45,072 nucleotides of DNA from a virus (Duplodnaviria > Caudoviricetes): IMG/VR virus record IMGVR_UViG_3300038393_000428, positions 1 to 45,072 of that record; one strand, 5' to 3'. Under the pieces are notes generated by a model, which was given only the letters and a program-made list of their open reading frames with translations, was not told where the DNA came from and did no database searches. The position numbers were made by a program, and so were the translations under genes. How positions within the stretch are numbered: the first letter of the stretch is position 1; the number at the start of each line of letters is the position of its first letter. Positions 15,513-24,249 of this stretch are shown here, piece after piece.

Positions 15513-17230
15513 TACCAAATCCCCATTCGGACGCGGAGGACGTTGTTGGTGTCGTAGACCCTGATCTGGTTGCTCTCCAGCTCAAGCCGTGCGCCGGTCG
15601 CAGCCGTCCTCAGGAGACCGATGGTCGCACTGAGAGCGGATAGCGAGGTGACGTTGATCCGGTCGGCACCAATGGAGCCCGGGGTGATCCGCTGGCCGTT
15701 CACGTAGACGTTCCCGTTGGAGACCTCGAAGGGCACCGTGGGGTTCTGGCCGGGTGTGACGATGGCGAACTTGTCCGCGAGGATCGCGAAGGTCCCGCTG
15801 GTCCCGTTGTTGTTCTGCACGAAGCCGGTGATGTAGCCGTTGACGTCCAGCGCCACGCCATACTTGGCGTTGAGCCCGTTGGTCGTCGACTGCAGGGTCG
15901 TGATCGAGGCCGTGTGGCCGTTGACGGTGGACTGCAGGGACGTGATCGCTGATGCGTTGGCGTTGTCGCCGTTCACGCGGGCGGTGATCTCGTTGGTGAT
16001 CGAGGCGCTGTTGCCATTGATCGCCGCGTCGATGCCCGACAGGCGGGTGCCGAGCGCGGTGCCGTTCGAGAGCTGGACCTTGCTATCGTCGAGGACGAAC
16101 GCAGTACCCGCCGCGTTCTTAGCCCCAAGGAGGGTGAACAGGCCGGTGAACACTGCGTCCGCGCTGGCCCGGGTTGAGGCCTCGGACGTGATCGCAGCGG
16201 TGTTCTGGCCGACCGTGGCCGCGAGCTGCGTTCGTGCAGCCGCCTCGGCGCTGACAGCGTCGGCTCGAGCCTCCTGTTCGGTGGCAATGGCCGCAGCCGT
16301 CTCGGACCTCAAGGTGGCCGCTAGGGTCGTCCTTGCAGTGACCTCCGCGCTATCCGCCGCGATCCGAGCGTTCTGCTCGGTGACGATGGATGCCGCGTTC
16401 GCGGAGTCAGCTGCCGCCAGCGCCGACAGGCGGGTCGCCATCGACTCCGTCGGGCTCACCTTCACCTTGTTCAGGTCGAGGATGAACGCGAGGTTGTCGC
16501 CGCTCTTCGCGCCGATCAGGGCGATGGTGCCAGCGAGCGCGTTGTCGCCGTCGATGCGGGCCTGCTGCTCCTGGTCGATCACGGTCGCAATGCCGGTGCC
16601 GTCCTGAAGAGTAGCGAGGCTGTCCACGACGCCCTGTAGGGTCGTGAGGTCGTTGGTCAGGTCGGTGACCTGTCCGGTGATCGTTGAGATCGAATTAGCG
16701 TGGGCGATGCTGTCAGCCGACAGGGTGTCGAGCGTCTGCCCTTGTGCAATCAGGGTCCATCCGTTTGCATCGATGTCAGAGACCCGAGCGCGGAAGTCGT
16801 CGAGGAGCGAACTCTCGGCGGCAATGGCCGCAACCTGATTGGCAATGTCTGCAGCGTCCACAGCCACGCCGTTGGCGAGGATGATGCGCTGGCGGGCCGC
16901 ATCGATCGATCCGTTGTAGAGATCGGTCAGCTCCTGCTGCTTGTAGAGGAGCTGGAGGGTGGCGGTGTTGAGGTCCTCGGCAGTGAGGATCGCTCCGTCC
17001 AGAAACCTGACGACCAAGTCGTCGATGGGGGTGTTGCGAGCAAGGACGACAAGGTCACCGGCCTGAAGGGAGGTGGACGCCAGACGCAAGGTCGTAGCGC
17101 CCACCCATTCCAGTATCGATGCAGCCCCGCCGTTGACCGTGACGGTCACATGGTCAGGTGACAGGAAGGCGAACGGGACGTTGAAGTCCCGTTGCCCTGC
17201 CGCCGCCACGTAGGAGGCGAACGAACTTAT
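15512..17230 (-). CDS. Tail fibre: T7 gp17-like N-terminal anchor, coiled coil, gpJ/DUF1983-like C-terminus
   Basis: RDFNVPFAFL...ILTAEDLN anchor; AKYGVALDVNGYITG, FAILADKFAI, LRVRMGIW; start either ATA 17230 or GTG 17209. Confidence 0.88.
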   Translation of the reverse strand: MSSFASYVAAAGQRDFNVPFAFLSPDHVTVTVNGGAASILEWVGATTLRLASTSLQAGDLVVLARNTPIDDLVVRFLDGAILTAEDLNTATLQLLYKQQELTDLYNGSIDAARQRIILANGVAVDAADIANQVAAIAAESSLLDDFRARVSDIDANGWTLIAQGQTLDTLSADSIAHANSISTITGQVTDLTNDLTTLQGVVDSLATLQDGTGIATVIDQEQQARIDGDNALAGTIALIGAKSGDNLAFILDLNKVKVSPTESMATRLSALAAADSANAASIVTEQNARIAADSAEVTARTTLAATLRSETAAAIATEQEARADAVSAEAAARTQLAATVGQNTAAITSEASTRASADAVFTGLFTLLGAKNAAGTAFVLDDSKVQLSNGTALGTRLSGIDAAINGNSASITNEITARVNGDNANASAITSLQSTVNGHTASITTLQSTTNGLNAKYGVALDVNGYITGFVQNNNGTSGTFAILADKFAIVTPGQNPTVPFEVSNGNVYVNGQRITPGSIGADRINVTSLSALSATIGLLRTAATGARLELESNQIRVYDTNNVLRVRMGIW

Positions 17231-17241
17231 GGAAGGTCTCC

Positions 17242-20200
17242 CTAATTGTTCAGGAAGTCTTTCAGCCCTTGAGACTTCAGGCTCTCGCCCGCCGCTCGTC
17301 GGGCATCCTGATGGTTCATGTACTTCTTGAAGTCGCGGTACAGGCGGTTGCCTTCGCGGATCGAGCGGTAGTCGTCGGAGCGGCTTTCGAGGATGTTCTT
17401 GGCCTCCTCGTTGAACTCCTGCATGGTGGCAGCGACCTTGGCCTGCTTGTCCTCCTTGTCCCCCGATTGGAACTCGGGGTCGGAGAACAGAGACTGCAGC
17501 GCCTCCTCCATGGTCTGACCGCTGGGGTTGCGAGCTTCCTTGCCACGGACGCGCCGTAGCTCGGAGACCTGATCCGAGGTGAGACCCACGCCCCCGTCGC
17601 GTTTGCTGACGTTGACGAGATCGATCCCGAGGTCCCGCAGCTGCGCCTTCACAGGGCTGATGTCGTGACCCTCAGTCTCCTGAGAGTTTCCGACCGCGAT
17701 GCCCATGAAGCGGCCCTTCACCTCGTCACCGAGGATGTCCCGCTTGGGAGCGAGATACAGGGAGCCGCCGGGGATGCCACGGAGGATGCTGTCACCGAAG
17801 GTAACGGCTTCCACTTGGTGGCTGATCAGGCTTTCGGTGATCTGGCGCGACGTGCCAGCCATCGGCGGCAGTCGGCTGAACACACCCTTGAGATACTCAC
17901 CGACCTTGTCGCCGGTTTCCTCAGGGCCCTTCCCCATGGCCTCGACGATGTCCGTCAGGGTCTGGAGCTGCTGCATATAGGTCTTGCTCAGTACGCCGTC
18001 CTTCGCGGCCATCAGGGCCGTTCCGGCGAACGACCAGAAGCCGTCCGTCACGCCACCTTCCTCGTAGGCATGGTAGCCCGCGTTCACCGCCTGCCCCCAC
18101 ATTGCCCCGAGGGACAGCGAGAGAGCGAACGGATCGAGGCGACCGATCTCGAAGTACGCACCACCGGGGAGGTTGATGCGGTTCGGAGGACCGGCGTCCA
18201 GGTTGGCCGTGTTGGTGTACTGACCGTTCGAGACGGTGATCCCGCCGACCGCGCCGAGCATAGCGCCCAGTGCGATTGCGCGAGTTCCCAGCTCGATGCG
18301 GGCCTTCTCGATCTCAGCCTCCACGCCGCCCTTCTTCAGGATCGCGAGGGTTTCCTCTGCGCGCTTGGCGAAGGGACCGTAGGAAACGAGACCGCGTTCG
18401 AGGATGCGGATCGGGGTGTTGATGTACGGAACCAGAGCGCCCTCGACCACGCCGAGGCCAGCGGCCTTGTCGAGACCCCGAAGGGCCTTCGCCATGCCTT
18501 TACCAGCGGCGGTCTGTGGGCCGTCCTGCAGGAGAACCCTGCGGGCTTCGTCGTCCACGTACTTCGTGCGATCCATCAGGAACTGCAGCGTCGGCGCGTC
18601 GTCGAGGTTGCCAGCATCCGCCAGCTTCATCTCGACTTGCTCAAGGATTTCCGACGGGGGCATCTCTGCGAGCGAGGTCGCCCGCTTCTGAGCCCAATCG
18701 AGCATCTCCTTCTGAGAGCCGAAGTCGCTCGCCCGAGCCATTGCTTCGCGGATCGCGTAGCGGGCCGACTGAGCGTAGGTCTCCTTCAGCTTGACGAACT
18801 GAGTGCCGTAGTCGTCGACCGCGCCCGTGAAGAGCTTCATCGACGCCTTGCCAGCCTCATCGACCGCCGTCCGTCCCACCGCAGCGGCACGATCAGCAGC
18901 ATTGACGAGGAACGCCAGCGCACCGCCGCCCATCCGTTCGGATCGATCAGCGAGCTTCTGGTTGTAGGCCGCGACGTCGTAGACGCCGATCCCGGGCTTG
19001 TTCTCGAACTCACGAAGGGTCGGGGCCGCGTAGCCGCTCTCAAGCATGGTCGACTGCTTGAGCCGAGCCTTGGCCGAGAGACCGTCGAGCCCAGAGGCAC
19101 CAGCGATCTTCTCGATGGAGTTCCACCCGTCCCACTGGATGCGCTGGATCATGGCCCTGAGGCCACGTTTGTGCGCTTCCCGGTAGACGCTGTTCTGCAT
19201 CTCGATCTCGAACTGGAGAGCCAGGGCGTCGTCGATCTTGCCTTCCCTGCGGAGGCCGCGAGCAGCCCACCGCTTCGCCCAATCATTCCGGAAGAGGTCG
19301 TGACCCACAGCCGAGATGATGTTGAACAGGCCGGTGGCCGGAGTGAGCGCGTTGGAGCGCAGCCAGCTTGATACGGAGTTAACCGTCCGGTTCCATGCAG
19401 ACCACTGAGCGGCCCGCTTCGGATCCATTAGGATGTCCGCGACATTCTCTAAGTCGGCGCTAGTCCGCAGCTTGTCGATCAGGTCGCCGAGCTGCTCGTC
19501 ACCGAGTTCCTTGATCGCCCCGTTCACGCGCTCGCGCACTTGGTCGATGGACTCCATGTCGAACACGTCGTCAGCGATGTTGCCGAGCTTGGCCTTGCCG
19601 CCCATCTTGCGAACTTGCATCGCCCGACCGGCATTGCTGCCGATCCCGCGAGCCATCGCCATGACGTGCGCCGCCTTGGTCAGGGCTTCGGCGAGCTGCT
19701 CACGCGAGCCCTCGACACCCTGCTTGATCAGCGGGAGGTACTTCTCCTTGGCGCGGATGAACTGGACGCCTGCGTACATCTCCGCGTGTTGCGCGACGAC
19801 TTGGTCAGGGACGCCCTTCTTCGAGCGATCCAGCGCATCCGACAGGTCGCGCATGAGGACACCCTGCTTGAGGGTCTCCTGCACTTCGTGATCGACGGAG
19901 GCGTTCGACCGGCGCGCTGCGCCAGCCTTCTCCAGCACCTTGTCGATGCCGTCCTCCATGATCCGGATCGCCTTGTAGACGGTGTCCGTATCGATGTTGG
20001 GATCATCGACGTCGAAGCCGAGGAGCGACCGGAAGTGCGGATCGTCGATCTGCGTACCGTTCGCGATAGCCTTTTCGAGCGTGTCCGCGAGGTGGGTCGT
20101 CTCGATAGCCGAGAGCTTGCCGAGGCGCTTCTCCAGCGCCTTCGCGGCCTCGCCGGGATCGCCCAGCAGCTCACGCATCGAGAAGAGCGCACCCTGCTCG

Positions 20201-20976
20201 ACCTCGTCGCCGCTCTTGCCGGTGATCGCGTTGACCAGCGGCTCGGGGCCCTTACGCTCCGCCTCGGTGAGGCCGGTGTTGACCTCCTTGCGGAGAGCGC
20301 CCAGCTCGTCAGCCGCTTGGTGTTCAGCGGCGGTCGGGCGCAGGATCGTGCTGGTCTCCCACTTGGTCGTCAGGCGCGGAGCCTTGCCCCAGCGGACGAC
20401 CTCGATTGCCTTGCCGCCAACAGTCTTGGCAGCGGGGATGATGTACTTGCCGAGCAGCCAGCCACCGCCAGCTCCGGCTAGGCCACCAATGGCCGCGTCC
20501 TTCAGGCGATCCGGAAGATCACCGTCGGAACTCATGAAGCCGTAGAGAGAGCCCTCGATGCCGCCGACGGTCGCCATCTTGGCGAGACCCTTGACGCCGA
20601 GCCTTGCAGCTCCGGCTTCACCGGCAGAGAGGTTCGCGAGGCCACCCGCGACCATGCCCGTCGTGTAAGCGTAGGGGTGATCCTCGTAGGCCTGATTGTT
20701 GATGCCTTCGATGCGAGCCTTCTCGTCCGCATAGGACGTCCCGCTTCCGAAGAAGGGGTGCTTGAGGCCCACCGCGCTATCGAGCGCGTTACCGGCGGAG
20801 TTCATCCCCGCGTAAAACTCGTCGAGACCACCGTAGGTGATCGTGTCCATCGCGCCCGCGACAGCGGCCCATCCCGCGCCGATGTGGACACGGGAGGAGC
20901 CCTCAGTGGGTCGCTGCCTCTGCTCGGTATAGGCGGTCGCGTTCGCCGCCTTCATTGCGTCGAGGTACTTACCCAT
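17242..20976 (-). CDS. Internal virion (ejection) protein, gp16-like
   Basis: 1244 aa, synteny, PYINTP and RLDPF motifs. Confidence 0.85.
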   Translation of the reverse strand: MGKYLDAMKAANATAYTEQRQRPTEGSSRVHIGAGWAAVAGAMDTITYGGLDEFYAGMNSAGNALDSAVGLKHPFFGSGTSYADEKARIEGINNQAYEDHPYAYTTGMVAGGLANLSAGEAGAARLGVKGLAKMATVGGIEGSLYGFMSSDGDLPDRLKDAAIGGLAGAGGGWLLGKYIIPAAKTVGGKAIEVVRWGKAPRLTTKWETSTILRPTAAEHQAADELGALRKEVNTGLTEAERKGPEPLVNAITGKSGDEVEQGALFSMRELLGDPGEAAKALEKRLGKLSAIETTHLADTLEKAIANGTQIDDPHFRSLLGFDVDDPNIDTDTVYKAIRIMEDGIDKVLEKAGAARRSNASVDHEVQETLKQGVLMRDLSDALDRSKKGVPDQVVAQHAEMYAGVQFIRAKEKYLPLIKQGVEGSREQLAEALTKAAHVMAMARGIGSNAGRAMQVRKMGGKAKLGNIADDVFDMESIDQVRERVNGAIKELGDEQLGDLIDKLRTSADLENVADILMDPKRAAQWSAWNRTVNSVSSWLRSNALTPATGLFNIISAVGHDLFRNDWAKRWAARGLRREGKIDDALALQFEIEMQNSVYREAHKRGLRAMIQRIQWDGWNSIEKIAGASGLDGLSAKARLKQSTMLESGYAAPTLREFENKPGIGVYDVAAYNQKLADRSERMGGGALAFLVNAADRAAAVGRTAVDEAGKASMKLFTGAVDDYGTQFVKLKETYAQSARYAIREAMARASDFGSQKEMLDWAQKRATSLAEMPPSEILEQVEMKLADAGNLDDAPTLQFLMDRTKYVDDEARRVLLQDGPQTAAGKGMAKALRGLDKAAGLGVVEGALVPYINTPIRILERGLVSYGPFAKRAEETLAILKKGGVEAEIEKARIELGTRAIALGAMLGAVGGITVSNGQYTNTANLDAGPPNRINLPGGAYFEIGRLDPFALSLSLGAMWGQAVNAGYHAYEEGGVTDGFWSFAGTALMAAKDGVLSKTYMQQLQTLTDIVEAMGKGPEETGDKVGEYLKGVFSRLPPMAGTSRQITESLISHQVEAVTFGDSILRGIPGGSLYLAPKRDILGDEVKGRFMGIAVGNSQETEGHDISPVKAQLRDLGIDLVNVSKRDGGVGLTSDQVSELRRVRGKEARNPSGQTMEEALQSLFSDPEFQSGDKEDKQAKVAATMQEFNEEAKNILESRSDDYRSIREGNRLYRDFKKYMNHQDARRAAGESLKSQGLKDFLNN

Positions 20977-20988
20977 GAGGGCTCCTTG

Positions 20989-23307
20989 TTATTGCGGTAC
21001 GATGGGGTTGGTGCTGTCGAAGCGGTTACGGAAGAACGTGCCCTTCCCGGGCTCGGCCATCCGCTTCTCGATGGTGTCGTAGTAGGTATCGAGGTTGTAG
21101 CCCTGATCCTGGCCGAGACGCCCACCTTCCGCCTTGGCCTTGTCGACCTCCCCATCGATGAACTTGAAGATTGCCTTGCGGCGCTCTCCGGTCACCCGAG
21201 GATTGACTTGGCGCTTTAGCTCGTCGCCCAGCGTGTCCATGTTCTTCATGAAGTGCTGGTACTGAGGGCCGTCGGTGCGGAGTTCCTTGATGGTCTGTAT
21301 CTGGCCGAACACCGCCCGCTGGAAGTCGCTGCGCTCGTCTGCATCGGGGAAGTCCTTGTAGGACTGCACCAGCAGCTTGCCCGACGCATCCGAGAGGGTC
21401 ATCTTGCCTTCGTAGACCTGTGCGAGGAACGCATTGGCCGAACGGTTGATACGATCCTGTGCAGCCTGCCGAACCTCGGCGCGCTGTTCGCGAGCTTCAG
21501 ACCGTGCAGCGCGGGCCTCTTGTGTGGCCTCGCGAGCGTCCTGCTTGCGAGCGTTGATGATCTGCATCCCTTCCTGCACCGGGAGTTTACCCCCAGTGAC
21601 CAAGGCTTGGATTTCAGGGATGGTCGCCTTCGGCCCGCCGATGCCCATCTCGCGACCCAAGAGGTTGTCGTAGGTGACCTTGTAGGTCTCCGTCCGATGC
21701 GTCTCGTTGGTCTGGTCGATGGTCTTGAGCAAGTTCGAGTAGCCCTCGTTGAGCGAGCTACGCTGCTCGGGCGTCAGCTCTAGGGTCATGTCGTCCACGG
21801 TGCCGTCGAGCGGTGCCGTCTCTGCCATGTCCTGCGCTGTCGGGTTCCGAGGGATCGATCCTTCCACGATAGGAATGTCGACGTCGTCAGCTTCCGAGCT
21901 GGCCGACAGGCCGAGCTTCGATGCGAGCCGGTTCACGCGGTTCATCCAGCCCTGCCGGAACTGCTCCTTGCCGGGGACAGTGTCCGCGACATGGTTGAGC
22001 CGCTTCCGGTAGAGCGCGAGCGCCCGTGTCGGATCGTTGTTCGCAGCCGCGAGGATGTTCTTGCCAGCGGAGCCGCCAGTGATCGCCGCGTCGAACGCGA
22101 TAGCGGCCACCGTCGGATCAGCCTTGTCGAACTCGGCGGACCAGTACTTCTTCTTGAGGATACCGACCGCCTGCGACTTCGTCAGGTTCGCGACGTCCAC
22201 GCCGGGGTTGTACTTGGTCGAGACACCGAACTTGGTCAGGCCTGCGCCGTCGTTCAGGTCGACAGCTTGATCGCCACCTTCCAGCTCCTGCGCGATGAAG
22301 TCCGTGAGCTGGTCCTTGCTCATCGGAGCAGGCTTCGCCCGCTTCGGAACAGGGATCAGTCCGTTGCCCGCCGGAGCCTGAGGGGCGTCTGCGGGTGCGT
22401 TCGGATCGACAGGCGCGAGCGGATCACGCCCCGGGGTCTTGCCCCGAAGCATATTGTAGATCGCGGTCGCCTTCTGCTGGTCCTTAGGATCAACGCTCTT
22501 GGCAAGCTCGTCGGCGATCCCGGTCATGGTGTTGACGTAGGCGACACCCGCGTGGGTGCGGTCCACGCCGACCAGCTGACCGTAGAACTCCTTGAAGCTC
22601 GTCGGCAGTCCAGCCTTCACCTTCGGGCCGAGGTTCGCGCTTGCGACCTTCAGGCTGTGATCCGAGACCTGAGTCTGGATCGTCGAGAGGGCGTTCGTGC
22701 GGAGCTTGTTGGTGATCTCGCGGAGGTGGTTGTAGGCCACGGCTCGAGCCTCGGGTGAACCGAAGTCGCGGTCCTGACCCTTGGGCTTGAGGAAGTCCTG
22801 CAGCTGCGCGTGGATGAAGTCATCGACGTCCTGCATGGACGCCGGATGGGTCTCATCTGGCTGGCCGTTCTCACCCTTCACGGTCACGCCGTGGTTGAGG
22901 AGATCGTCAACGCCCTTGCCGAGCGTGTCGGTCGCGAACGCCAACGTGTCGTTCTCAGCCTGCCCCTTAGAGTAGGCCGTCGCGTATGCCTTCGACTTCT
23001 TCGCCAGCTCGTCGTTGCGCGAGCCTGTGAGGCTATCGATAGCGCCCTGCGAGGTGTTCCGGTTGTCGACCACGTCCTGGTGGTTCTGGTAGAGCTGGTT
23101 CGCCTGCTGGCCGAGGTGATCCACCTTGCCGAACAGCTCGCGAAGAGCGTCAGCTCCGCCGTCGCCCCGGGAGGCGTTCCGCATATCACCGTAGATGACC
23201 CTGTTGGGGGTCTCGGTGTTGCGGCGACCGGGGATCACCCCGTCGGTGTTCCGCGTGATGCGGTCGGCCTGCGTGGAGCGGGCCTGAACTTGGGAGAGGT
23301 CTGCCAT
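20989..23307 (-). CDS. Internal virion protein (gp15 position) with GH108-like lysozyme domain
   Basis: LEGG...DGAGLTKFGVS...KYW...FDAA...GWMNRV. Confidence 0.82.
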   Translation of the reverse strand: MADLSQVQARSTQADRITRNTDGVIPGRRNTETPNRVIYGDMRNASRGDGGADALRELFGKVDHLGQQANQLYQNHQDVVDNRNTSQGAIDSLTGSRNDELAKKSKAYATAYSKGQAENDTLAFATDTLGKGVDDLLNHGVTVKGENGQPDETHPASMQDVDDFIHAQLQDFLKPKGQDRDFGSPEARAVAYNHLREITNKLRTNALSTIQTQVSDHSLKVASANLGPKVKAGLPTSFKEFYGQLVGVDRTHAGVAYVNTMTGIADELAKSVDPKDQQKATAIYNMLRGKTPGRDPLAPVDPNAPADAPQAPAGNGLIPVPKRAKPAPMSKDQLTDFIAQELEGGDQAVDLNDGAGLTKFGVSTKYNPGVDVANLTKSQAVGILKKKYWSAEFDKADPTVAAIAFDAAITGGSAGKNILAAANNDPTRALALYRKRLNHVADTVPGKEQFRQGWMNRVNRLASKLGLSASSEADDVDIPIVEGSIPRNPTAQDMAETAPLDGTVDDMTLELTPEQRSSLNEGYSNLLKTIDQTNETHRTETYKVTYDNLLGREMGIGGPKATIPEIQALVTGGKLPVQEGMQIINARKQDAREATQEARAARSEAREQRAEVRQAAQDRINRSANAFLAQVYEGKMTLSDASGKLLVQSYKDFPDADERSDFQRAVFGQIQTIKELRTDGPQYQHFMKNMDTLGDELKRQVNPRVTGERRKAIFKFIDGEVDKAKAEGGRLGQDQGYNLDTYYDTIEKRMAEPGKGTFFRNRFDSTNPIVPQ

Positions 23308-23780
23308 TAGCCGCCCTTGCTGATCTTGGCCGCGTTAGGCGCACCGGCCCATGCCGATGCCCCGCTGATAGCCATGTTGAGCCCAACGCCGAGGGCGGTC
23401 GGCTTCTGGACACGCGACATCATGGACGTGGCTTCCGCCTCGTTCGCCTGCTGGCGGCTCTCAAGGTTCGCCATGCTGACGTCCGTCTTGAGTTCGCCCT
23501 GCATGGCGCTGTCGTTGAGCAGCGCGTCGATGTTGCCTGAGGTAGTCGATAGGCCAGCCTCGCCTGCGGCTGCGCGGATGCGCGCCTGCTCCCGGCGGGT
23601 GTCCCGCATCTGCTGGAACAGCTCGGTCGTCGCTTGGTCGCGAGCTTCCTTCTGGTTCACAGCAAGCTGGTTGTTGATGGCCTTCTGCTGCGCGTTGGCA
23701 GCTTTGACGGCGCTGATGGACTGTGTCGCCGAACTGACGACCGCCACGGCGACCAACGTGGCCGTCACTGGATCACACAT
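23307..23780 (-). CDS. Internal virion protein, gp14-like
   Basis: MCDPVT start, Ala/Gln-rich, synteny. Confidence 0.85.
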   Translation of the reverse strand: MCDPVTATLVAVAVVSSATQSISAVKAANAQQKAINNQLAVNQKEARDQATTELFQQMRDTRREQARIRAAAGEAGLSTTSGNIDALLNDSAMQGELKTDVSMANLESRQQANEAEATSMMSRVQKPTALGVGLNMAISGASAWAGAPNAAKISKGG

Positions 23781-24249
23781 GGGTTGTCCTTGCGAAGATG
23801 TGGAAGAGGTGAGGCCCGAAGCGGGTCTCGCGGAGTAGCTTGAAACCGCCCCACTCCAGCCACCGCATCGAGACCTTGTTGCGGTCGTCGATGTAGTTCC
23901 AGAGGACGGGGTACGGCTTGTTCAGCTCGTCGAAGTAACGGCGGGTGCGCCTCGCGATCCCGAGGGCTTCCGTTTGAATGTCGTCGGAGCCAAGCATCCA
24001 TACGATGCCGACACCGGGGAGCGGCGACGGTGCCGCGCCGAACATGGCAATAACCCCCACCCTCGATGAGAGGATGGCGTAGCCATGAGTTGAGAGACTT
24101 AGGGAGTCCCGCAGGGCTCTCTCAGGGCTCGTCGCGCCCATCGCCTCGATCTCGTCGAGGTCGTCCTTGCGGAGCTTGGGGGTGAGCTGATCCAGCCACG
24201 CCTCCACCACATCGGCTTCGACATGGCGGAGGTCGTGAACTGTGATCAT
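23773..24249 (-). CDS. gp13-like (GNAT-fold) virion assembly protein
   Basis: LRKDDLDEI, VWMLGS, LWNYIDDRN..SMRWLEWGGF. Confidence 0.85.
   Translation of the reverse strand: MITVHDLRHVEADVVEAWLDQLTPKLRKDDLDEIEAMGATSPERALRDSLSLSTHGYAILSSRVGVIAMFGAAPSPLPGVGIVWMLGSDDIQTEALGIARRTRRYFDELNKPYPVLWNYIDDRNKVSMRWLEWGGFKLLRETRFGPHLFHIFARTTHV

Noticed and set aside
17665-19371. Long plus-strand ORFs (also 22..933, 12347..13375, 26522..28087, 38246..39298)
   Set aside because: Antisense shadows of real genes in high-GC DNA; no motifs or RBS
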